32,000 bases of DNA from Desulfobacterales bacterium. GTDB taxonomy: Bacteria > Desulfobacterota > Desulfobacteria > Desulfobacterales > UBA5852. Of the stretch, positions 8,381-15,047 are shown in pieces; the stretch's first letter is position 1, and every line of letters begins with the position of its first letter. The stretch covers positions 580,651 to 612,650 of the forward strand of contig CAXXVS010000002.1 of assembly GCA_963674755.2 (NCBI GenBank), given 5' to 3'. The notes beneath the pieces are model-generated. The model saw nothing but the letters and a program-made list of their open reading frames with translations, was not told where the DNA came from and made no database searches. The position numbers and the translations under genes are program-made.

Positions 8381-10090
8381 TCAGAGACGCCCCGATCGGA
8401 AAATGGAGACAATCAGCCAGATGCCAAGCACGGTGGCGATGGAATAGCCGGTGATGCCGAGCGCGGCGGTAATGGAAAGCGTCGGGCGGCCGAAAAAAGG
8501 CAGGGTGAATTCCAGGACTTTCTGGCTGCTGTTTAAAATCAGCGAAGCCGCGATCGTGGACGCGGAGATCACCGCCCCCACGGTCAGGCGGTTGATGCCC
8601 CGTTCAAGCTTCTGGTCGAACTGTTCGAAGCCTCTGTGGCGAAATTCCAGGTGATACTCGCCTTTGGCGGCCTGACGCAGAATGTCGTTGACATAGCGTG
8701 GCATGCGACGGGCGTACTGCCCCAGGGTCCGCGTTTCGCGGCCGATGGTTTTAAACAATTTGTGGGTGTCGTAGCCCTGCTGCACGAGCTTTTCCGCATA
8801 GGGGCGGGTCACTTCGAGGATGTTGGCGTCGCTGTTGAGGATTTTGCCCAGGGCCTCGGCCTGGATAAAGGTTTTGAGCAGCAGGAGCAGGTTGCGCGGC
8901 AGCCGGAGCTGGTAGGTGAGTACCAGGGCGATCACCTGGTCGTAGACCTCCCGCACCGAGACGGATTGCAGGGAACGGCCGTAGAAGGGCTCACTGATTT
9001 CCATGAGATCCCGCCGCAATGCGTCAATATCGAGGGAGGGCTCCCCAAACAGGCCGGCGGCTTCCAACGCGTCCATGACCATATCGTAGTCATGCTCGGC
9101 ATAGCCCAGAAAGAGATTGGCGATCTGGCGCATCAGCGCTTCGTCGATCAGGCCCGTAATGCCGAAATCCACCAGCCCCACACGGCCGTCGGGCATGACG
9201 ATGGTGTTGGCCGGGTGCGGATCGGCGTGGAAAAAACCGAATTCCATCAATTGCCGGGAAAAGGAGCGCAGCCCGATCAGGGCAATTTCGCGGGGATCGA
9301 TGCCATAGGCCCTGATGGCGGCGATGTCGTCCATTTTGCAGCCCTCGAGATATTCCATCACCAGAACGGCCCGGGTGGTGTAGTCCCAATAGACCCGCGG
9401 GATGTGGATCTCATCGGAATCCTCGAAGAGGGTTGCGAATTTTTCAATGCTGCCGGCCTCGATAACCATATCGAGTTCCCGGAAAATCGTGCGCTCAAAT
9501 TCCTGAACCAGGTTGACCGCCCCGAGCAGCCGTGCGACCTGGAACCATTTCTCCAGTTTGCCGGCAAAATAGTACATCAGGCGGATATCCTTCTGGATGA
9601 TCCGGTCGATGCCGGGCCGGATGATCTTAACGGCCACCTGTTCGCCGCTGTAAAGGCGGGCCTTGTGGACCTGGGCCACGGACGCCGATCCCCGGGGCGT
9701 GGGTTCGAAATCGGCAAACACTTCCGATAGCGGGCGCTTCAACTCGGTTTCCACCACACGGCGCGCCTGGCGGAAGGGAAACGGGGCCACGCTGTCCTGC
9801 AGCTTGCGGAATTCATCGATGTAGGCCGGCGGGAAAATATCGGCGCGGGTGCTCATCAACTGCCCCAGTTTGATGAAGCTGGGGCCCAGTTCTTCCAGCG
9901 CCAGCCGGATGCGTCCGGGGGAGGGGACGCGCAGTGCCGCGGCAGGCGGGGCTTCGGGGTCATCGCTGCCGGAAGGGTTTCGTCGGAACAAACGCGCCGT
10001 AAGATCGGCGATCCCGTATCTGATCATGACGCCGGCGATGGCGAGAAAGCGCCAGGCGCCTGTTATTCGGCTTCCCCGTGTGCGCTGCAT
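8381..10090 (-). CDS. ubiB: ABC1/UbiB-family atypical kinase
   Basis: Contains LEELGPSFIKLGQLMSTRADIFP, the AQVHKA lysine motif, HADPHPAN, a DFG-like VDFG, and a C-terminal TM pair. The ATG at 10090 has AGGGGAGA upstream. The 48-aa extension of the track ORF is Arg/Gly-rich and unlikely to be coding. Confidence 0.9.
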   Translation of the reverse strand: MQRTRGSRITGAWRFLAIAGVMIRYGIADLTARLFRRNPSGSDDPEAPPAAALRVPSPGRIRLALEELGPSFIKLGQLMSTRADIFPPAYIDEFRKLQDSVAPFPFRQARRVVETELKRPLSEVFADFEPTPRGSASVAQVHKARLYSGEQVAVKIIRPGIDRIIQKDIRLMYYFAGKLEKWFQVARLLGAVNLVQEFERTIFRELDMVIEAGSIEKFATLFEDSDEIHIPRVYWDYTTRAVLVMEYLEGCKMDDIAAIRAYGIDPREIALIGLRSFSRQLMEFGFFHADPHPANTIVMPDGRVGLVDFGITGLIDEALMRQIANLFLGYAEHDYDMVMDALEAAGLFGEPSLDIDALRRDLMEISEPFYGRSLQSVSVREVYDQVIALVLTYQLRLPRNLLLLLKTFIQAEALGKILNSDANILEVTRPYAEKLVQQGYDTHKLFKTIGRETRTLGQYARRMPRYVNDILRQAAKGEYHLEFRHRGFEQFDQKLERGINRLTVGAVISASTIAASLILNSSQKVLEFTLPFFGRPTLSITAALGITGYSIATVLGIWLIVSIFRSGRL

Positions 10091-10182
10091 AGATGTATTT
10101 TGTCTCCCCTCACGAACAACATTGCTGGCGGGCCAAACCCCGTCTGTTTTGGAAGCGACGGCGCTATCGGCGGAACCCCTGC

Positions 10183-10440
10183 CTATGCGTCGTTTTCCGG
10201 CGGTGTTTCCTCCGCGGCCAGGGCGGTGGGCCATTTACGGCGGATGGCGGCGATATCTTCCTCGCGGCTGATATAACTCTCCACGTAGCCGCAGGCGCTG
10301 CAGACATAGTTGTCGAGCGCCGCCATGGCAGTCAGGCTGATGGGAATGGCATTGCAGGAAAAGGGACCGCTTTTGGGAAACACATTCGTCCCGGCGAATA
10401 CGTCGGAAGATCCGCATTTGGGGCAAGTGCCGCTTTTCAT
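10183..10440 (-). CDS. small zinc-ribbon protein (85 aa), function unknown
   Basis: ATG at 10440 preceded by GGGAGGA. The product MKSGTCPKCGSSDVF...YVCSACGYVESY has two CxxC pairs. It lies 93 nt upstream of, and on the same strand as, the ubiB-family gene. Confidence 0.65.
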   Translation of the reverse strand: MKSGTCPKCGSSDVFAGTNVFPKSGPFSCNAIPISLTAMAALDNYVCSACGYVESYISREEDIAAIRRKWPTALAAEETPPENDA

Positions 10441-10621
10441 CGCTGGTTTTCCTCCCTGATGTGGATGATGACGAGGTGATGTGCTGCTGCCATTGGGAAT
10501 GATCGGGGGGCAACCCCCAGGAAGCGTATGCCTTCGGGATGGCAACGCTTTGGCGCGCAGTATGGCCCAATCCCCGGGGCCTGTCAACTCGCACGGCAAC
10601 GGCCCGATGCCGGGATTCTCC

Positions 10622-10650
10622 TTGACTTTTGGCAAGCGTCCCTCTATCCA
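10622..10650 (+). promoter_or_regulatory. candidate sigma70 promoter (TTGACT-17-TATCCA)
   Basis: Hexamers read directly. The implied transcription start lies upstream of AAGGAGA (10666-10672) and the TTG at 10680. Confidence 0.35.
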
Positions 10651-10679
10651 AAGGCCGGCTTTTACAAGGAGACGAAACG

Positions 10680-11324
10680 TTGGAGGATCGCTATCGACGC
10701 TGGCTGGACCGCAAACTGACGGATCGCTGTGTCCAGAATCTGAAACGCAATGGATTCGACGCCCGTAGCGCAGCCACCCCCCAAGCCGCGTGCCGCGATA
10801 TCCTGGCGATGATATCCGAATTCGAGACCTTCGGTATCGGCGGATCGGAAACGATTCGGCAGATCGGGATCATCGAAGAACTGCACGGGATGGGTAAATC
10901 CATCCTCGATCACCGGCGACCGGAATTGAGTCCCGACGAGGTGCAGGCCGTGCGACTCGAACAAAGTCGCTGCGATTGTTTTCTATGCAGTGCCAATGCC
11001 GTTTCGGCCCGGGGTGAAATCGTCAATGTGGACGGCATTGGCAACCGGGTGGCCGCCATGACCTTCGGCCCCCGCAAGGTCGTCATCGTGGCCGGGGTCA
11101 ACAAGATCGTCCCCGACCTGGACCAGGCCTTGCAGCGTGTCCGTCAGATTGCCGGACCGATGCGGGCTAAAAGTCTGGGGATGGACACCCCCTGTGCCGA
11201 AACCGGTGCGTGCGCCGACTGCCATTCCCCCCAGCGAATCTGCCGGATTACGACCATCCTTCACCGCCGCCCCATGTTGACCGATATCGCCGTCGTCCTG
11301 GTGGGTGCGGATCTGGGATTCTAG
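10680..11324 (+). CDS. LUD-domain (DUF162, LutC/YkgG-like) protein
   Basis: Typical LUD pattern: GSETIRQIG..., ANAVSARGEIVNVDGIGNRVAAMTFGPRKVVIVAGVNKIV. The C-terminal Cys-rich stretch is CAETGACADCHSPQRIC. A TTG start at 10680 with AAGGAGA 7 nt upstream is preferred; the track start at 10629 (TTG) remains possible. Confidence 0.85.
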   Translation: MEDRYRRWLDRKLTDRCVQNLKRNGFDARSAATPQAACRDILAMISEFETFGIGGSETIRQIGIIEELHGMGKSILDHRRPELSPDEVQAVRLEQSRCDCFLCSANAVSARGEIVNVDGIGNRVAAMTFGPRKVVIVAGVNKIVPDLDQALQRVRQIAGPMRAKSLGMDTPCAETGACADCHSPQRICRITTILHRRPMLTDIAVVLVGADLGF

Positions 11325-11389
11325 CCCGGGCTAAAGCACGGGCCGCTAAAACCGATTTCGGATAACCAACGACCGCCGCAGATTTTACG

Positions 11390-11872
11390 ATGCCGGAACC
11401 AATCTCGCTATCAGAGCCCTTCTGGGAAAAACTTCCCATGGCCGCCATGAATCGGGACCAATGGGAAGCGCTGTGCGACCGTTGCGGCCGCTGCTGCCTG
11501 GAAAAGCTGACCAACCGGCGCAACGGCAAAGTCTACTACACGTCCATCGCCTGTTCCCTGCTGGACAAGACGTCCTGCCAGTGCCGGGACTACCGGCACC
11601 GCCACCACCAGGTCCCCAACTGCATTCGTTTGACGACACGCAATCTCGGTGTCTGCCGCTGGTTGCCCCGCACCTGCGCCTATCGTCTGTTGTGGGAGGG
11701 GCATGCCCTGCCTGACTGGCATCCCCTGGTCTCCGGACGTCCGGAATCGGTGCATGAGGCTGGTATATCGATTCGCGGCCGCCGTCTGCACACCTTGCCC
11801 GCCGACCACGAACCATTGGAAAACTACATTGTCGATTGGGGCATCTGGAGCAAGAAAGCCCGGTGCGATTGA
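11390..11872 (+). CDS. ycgN: YcgN-family (UPF0260) cysteine-cluster protein
   Basis: Colinear with E. coli YcgN as recalled: PFWEK...WEALCDRCGRCCLEKL...CQCRDY...CIRLT...WLPRTCAYRLL..G..LPDWHPL. Confidence 0.9.
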   Translation: MPEPISLSEPFWEKLPMAAMNRDQWEALCDRCGRCCLEKLTNRRNGKVYYTSIACSLLDKTSCQCRDYRHRHHQVPNCIRLTTRNLGVCRWLPRTCAYRLLWEGHALPDWHPLVSGRPESVHEAGISIRGRRLHTLPADHEPLENYIVDWGIWSKKARCD

Positions 11873-11942
11873 AGCCCCTTCCTCGACGGCACATTGCAGC
11901 CCCCGGCGGTGTTCGCGCCTGTTTACGATCTTCGTTGCGCCC

Positions 11943-11975
11943 CTGATGATCATCAGATGATCACCAGATGGTCAC
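11943..11975. repeat. three tandem 11-bp repeats (CTGATGATCAT / CAGATGATCAC / CAGATGGTCAC); the first 14 bp form the perfect palindrome CTGATGATCATCAG
   Basis: Read directly from the sequence. The one-helical-turn periodicity and the position about 100 nt upstream of an HTH gene suggest an operator or iteron-like array. Confidence 0.6.
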
Positions 11976-12021
11976 AAGGGGACGGCTTGCCATTCGGCAA
12001 GAACGCCTTATGGTGTCCTGC

Positions 12022-12045
12022 GGACCGCATGGAGCGGTCCTTTTT
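12022..12045 (+). terminator. rho-independent terminator or attenuator hairpin
   Basis: GGACCGC-ATGGA-GCGGTCC followed by TTTTT. It sits about 150 nt after the ycgN stop and only about 28 nt before the HTH start. A second hairpin, CTTGCC-ATTC-GGCAAG, lies at 11986-12001. Confidence 0.45.
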
Positions 12046-12073
12046 CCACAGAAACAACCATAAGGATGGTGCC

Positions 12074-12268
12074 ATGAAACATCGGGATCATTTCAATACG
12101 GCGGATTTCATGTCTGTTCCGGAAGCGGCCCGCTATCTCGGGGTCGGCCGCAAGATGATATACCAGCTGATCGAGAACGGGGATTTGGGCTTCACCCGCG
12201 AACGGGGGGCCGTCCGCATCCTGACCGAAACCGTGGTGGCGTTTCGCGAGGGCGGTCGGATGGTGTGA
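12074..12268 (+). CDS. excisionase/MerR-superfamily helix-turn-helix DNA-binding protein (64 aa)
   Basis: ATG at 12074 preceded by AAGGATGG. FMSVPEAARYLGVGRKMIYQLIENGDL matches the excisionase-family HTH pattern. The upstream part of the track ORF looks non-coding. Confidence 0.8.
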   Translation: MKHRDHFNTADFMSVPEAARYLGVGRKMIYQLIENGDLGFTRERGAVRILTETVVAFREGGRMV

Positions 12269-12288
12269 CGCGCACCCTGCAAGGCAGG

Positions 12289-12861
12289 TCAACGGGGATG
12301 TTTCCAGCGGATGGGGGAGACATAGGCATCCCCCTGCCGCCACATGCCGGTTTGCGAACGCCGGGCCCGTTCTTCATCGGCCAGGTAGGGGGCCTTGTCG
12401 AAGGCCTCCGGCGTGCGCCCCCGGTAGACTTCGGCCAGGCCGGCCTGGAGCATGGCGCGGTTGACATCCTGACCGTTGCAATAGACCACGGCCAGACTGC
12501 GGCCGTAGCGGTCTTGGCCGTAGACCCTGAGCCTGACAGAATGGTTCAGAACAAGGGCGGCCAGGTGCCGCTGGGATTTACGGCTGTAAGGCTGACCGGG
12601 CTCCCCTTTGCCCTTGGAGGTCTCCGGGGCATCGATTCCCAGAAGACGAATCGTCTTCTTCCCGTCAATCCCTTTAACCAGGATGGTATCGCCGTCGAAT
12701 ACCCTGATAACGGTGCAGACGGGGCCGCTTTCAGCGGCGGAGGAACGGACGGCGCCCACGAGGAGCAATCCGACCAAGGCACTCAGCAAAATGCTTCCGT
12801 ATCGTCCGGCGGCATTTTTCGGTCCCGGCCAGGGCCTTTCCAAAACCGATTTTATGACCAC
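12289..12861 (-). CDS. secreted thermonuclease (staphylococcal nuclease/SNase fold)
   Basis: N-terminal signal-like segment, then VFDGDTI...IRLLGIDAPET...QPYSRKSQRHL...DRYGRSLAVVY...VNRAMLQAGLAEVY. GTG start at 12861. Confidence 0.9.
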   Translation of the reverse strand: MVIKSVLERPWPGPKNAAGRYGSILLSALVGLLLVGAVRSSAAESGPVCTVIRVFDGDTILVKGIDGKKTIRLLGIDAPETSKGKGEPGQPYSRKSQRHLAALVLNHSVRLRVYGQDRYGRSLAVVYCNGQDVNRAMLQAGLAEVYRGRTPEAFDKAPYLADEERARRSQTGMWRQGDAYVSPIRWKHPR

Positions 12862-13234
12862 AACAGGCGCCCTCTTTCTCCCCTATCGATGTTTGCCGAT
12901 ATCGTGTCGCTTTGGCGGCCGCACCTTCTCACGAATATCTCGCCTAGATCGCCGGCCGGCACCCTAACCGCTTCTGAAACATACCGGTGCGGATCATCGG
13001 CATTTCTCTCTCCGGGAAGACTTGGCCCATCATTTGTCATGGTCATTATAGTGGGATTAACCATTGACATAACATGACATTTTTTTTATCGGAACTACGA
13101 TAGAGGGTAGTTCAAAGGCTGTCAAGGGCTCCCTGGGAAAGGACAGGCAACGCCGATGCGCCCCCGCACCAACAAGACCTCCGAATCCACCGGCCGACCG
13201 GAGCATCTGAAAAAGGCCGTCCGAGGAAATGACC

Positions 13235-13714
13235 ATGTTTAACTTGCGCGATATACTGGATATGGCCATCCAAATTGAACACAACGGGGAAGCGGTCTAC
13301 CGTAAGGCCCTGGCGCGGGCCGCGGATCCGGAATTTGTGGAAATGCTGTCCTGGATGGCGGAGGAAGAATCCCGGCATGCCCGTCACTTTGACGCCATCC
13401 GGCAAAAGCTGACCACTGAAGACGATAACTTGCTGATGGACGAACTGGGCCGGTTGATGATGGAAAATATTGTAGGGAATCGCAGCTTCTCGCTGGAGGA
13501 GGTCGATTTCAGCAAGGTCGACGACGTCAACGGTCTCCTGCGGATCATGATCACATTTGAAAAGGATACGGTTGAATTCTATAATATTTTCCGTAACTTT
13601 CTTACGGATACCAAAGAACAAGCCTGTCTGGACGCTATCATTGCCGATGAACAGGCACATATCCTCAAACTGGAGGAATGCCGCGACAAGAACCTGGCCT
13701 GTCACAAGACCTGA
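13235..13714 (+). CDS. ferritin-like diiron four-helix-bundle protein (rubrerythrin family, no rubredoxin domain)
   Basis: Diiron ligand pattern: E..(EHNGEAVY), EEESRH, E..(EKDTVEFY), ADEQAH. The ATG at 13235 is 7 nt after GAGGA; the ATG at 13229 is too close to the RBS. Confidence 0.85.
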   Translation: MFNLRDILDMAIQIEHNGEAVYRKALARAADPEFVEMLSWMAEEESRHARHFDAIRQKLTTEDDNLLMDELGRLMMENIVGNRSFSLEEVDFSKVDDVNGLLRIMITFEKDTVEFYNIFRNFLTDTKEQACLDAIIADEQAHILKLEECRDKNLACHKT

Positions 13715-13740
13715 AGCGATGATCCCTCAAAGGGCAGCTG

Positions 13741-14340
13741 TCAGGGAGACTTGTGCTCGCGATAGTGGGTGACGAGCTCGTCCACCGACCGGCCATCGGG
13801 GGCCATCGCCAGGGGGTTGATTTTCAGGAGTCCCTCCCAGGCCTGTATGGCCCCTTTCCGGTCGTTGAGATCGTGGAGCAGGACAACGCCCTTGTTGAAG
13901 CGGGGGGTTTCGAGCTGCGGGTCGAGGGCGATGGCACGGTCGAATTCCCGCACGGCGTCCTCGGGCCGCTTGGCGCGTCGGTACATTACGCCCAGGTCGG
14001 TATGCACTGTTGCGTCATCGGGGGCCAGGGCCAAGGCTTTCTCATAGGCCTCGATGGCTTCCGGCACGGCATTGCGGTCAAAATTAAGGTGCCCGAGCTG
14101 GATCCACGAGGCGACATCATTCGGGTTCTGGCGCACTTTGGCTTCCAGGGCTTCGAGCATGCGGGCCCGCCCTTCATCTGCGGTGCTGTTGGCCACTTGG
14201 GCCGGGGGCAGGTCGGAACTCGTCTTATAGATCCCGAACACCAGCCCACCGAAAAATCCCACCATGAGGGCCAGAACGACCGATGTCATGAGGGTCTGTT
14301 GGGTGACATAGGCGTTGCGGGGGGAACTCTTCTGGGACAT
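13741..14340 (-). CDS. membrane-anchored TPR-repeat protein
   Basis: One N-terminal TM segment followed by about 3 TPR units (AIEAYEKALALAPDDA..., AVREFDRAIALDPQ...). AAGGAG lies upstream of the ATG at 14340. Confidence 0.85.
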   Translation of the reverse strand: MSQKSSPRNAYVTQQTLMTSVVLALMVGFFGGLVFGIYKTSSDLPPAQVANSTADEGRARMLEALEAKVRQNPNDVASWIQLGHLNFDRNAVPEAIEAYEKALALAPDDATVHTDLGVMYRRAKRPEDAVREFDRAIALDPQLETPRFNKGVVLLHDLNDRKGAIQAWEGLLKINPLAMAPDGRSVDELVTHYREHKSP

Positions 14341-14490
14341 CGGGTACTCCTTGTTTTTAACATTTCACCGGGCGGCCTCAGGGATGGCCGGGGATATCCA
14401 ACTCGTACCCCGCCACCGGCCCCGTAAGGTGCCCGGACCGGAAAGCATCAGCAGGTCCACCACGAAATCAACTCATCGTGCGCCTCCTGG

Positions 14491-14519
14491 TTGACGTCCC
14501 ATAGAGGCTTCTCTATCAT
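14491..14519 (+). promoter_or_regulatory. candidate sigma70 promoter (TTGACG-17-TATCAT)
   Basis: Near-consensus hexamers with a 17-nt spacer. It would give a leader of about 250 nt ahead of the 75-aa ORF and the Lon-like protease gene. Confidence 0.45.
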
Positions 14520-14780
14520 ACGCCATAGACGCTGCCTTAGACAATGCCCTTGTGCTGGTCGCACAAAAGTGACAGCACACCATGCCGCAGGGCGGCAACT
14601 GCTCCCGGGGCGGACAGAACCGTTGGGACAAATGCGAGGCGCCTAACACCTGGAGGGGGGGACCGCCGTATTCACGGGCCGGGTTCACAACCGTAAAAAA
14701 ACAACAGGGCCGCCGCGGGGTCCGGGTTTCCTCTCCCGGCAGCGCACGCGGCCGCAAAATACAGCCGAAAGGAACCGCTG

Positions 14781-15008
14781 GTGATTATCATGGTCGCTGA
14801 AGTAAGTGCCCGGGGGGAGCTCAAGCAGGGCGTGGTGACATTGACCCTGTCCCAAGAGCCGGATGGCTGGACCTATCGGGTGGACGGCATGCAGGACGGA
14901 GGCTTTACCCTTGCGTGGCGCGCCCGCTCTCCGGAGGGGGCCTCCCGCAAATTACAGGATGTCTATGACCCGGCCACTTGGGATATGACGGTCCGGCAGG
15001 CGGAATAA
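14781..15008 (+). CDS. hypothetical small protein (75 aa)
   Basis: GTG at 14781 (AAAGGAA 7 nt upstream) or ATG at 14790. Codon usage looks coding. It ends 39 nt before the Lon-like gene. I recognise no family. Confidence 0.5.
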   Translation: MIIMVAEVSARGELKQGVVTLTLSQEPDGWTYRVDGMQDGGFTLAWRARSPEGASRKLQDVYDPATWDMTVRQAE

Positions 15009-15047
15009 ACGGCGGAAACGCCCAACCCTTTCCGAGAGGATGACCCT

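Noticed and set aside
8636-9730. 364-aa plus-strand ORF
   Set aside because: Antisense to the UbiB/ABC1 kinase gene, with a biased low-complexity composition and no recognisable domain.
10091-10635. Long N-terminal extensions of the UbiB (to 10234) and Zn-ribbon (to 10635) track ORFs, which would make the two genes overlap
   Set aside because: The extensions are Arg/Gly/Pro-rich. Internal ATGs at 10090 and 10440 each have a strong Shine-Dalgarno sequence and give family-typical N-termini. With those starts the genes no longer overlap.
13022-13037. Sigma54 promoter TGGCCC-N5-TTGT upstream of the ferritin-like gene
   Set aside because: The -24 GG is present, but the conserved -12 GC is replaced by GT, and no enhancer-binding protein gene is nearby. 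A similar near-miss at 30377-30391 (TGGCTG-N5-TTGA) was also rejected.
12265-13077. 270-aa plus-strand ORF
   Set aside because: Mostly antisense to the thermonuclease gene and running into non-coding spacer. The nuclease frame has clear SNase motifs.
14473-14800. ORFs 14473..14757 (-) and 14582..14800 (+) inside the long leader
   Set aside because: Their products are Arg/Gly/Pro/Cys-rich with no RBS. The region is better explained as an untranslated leader.
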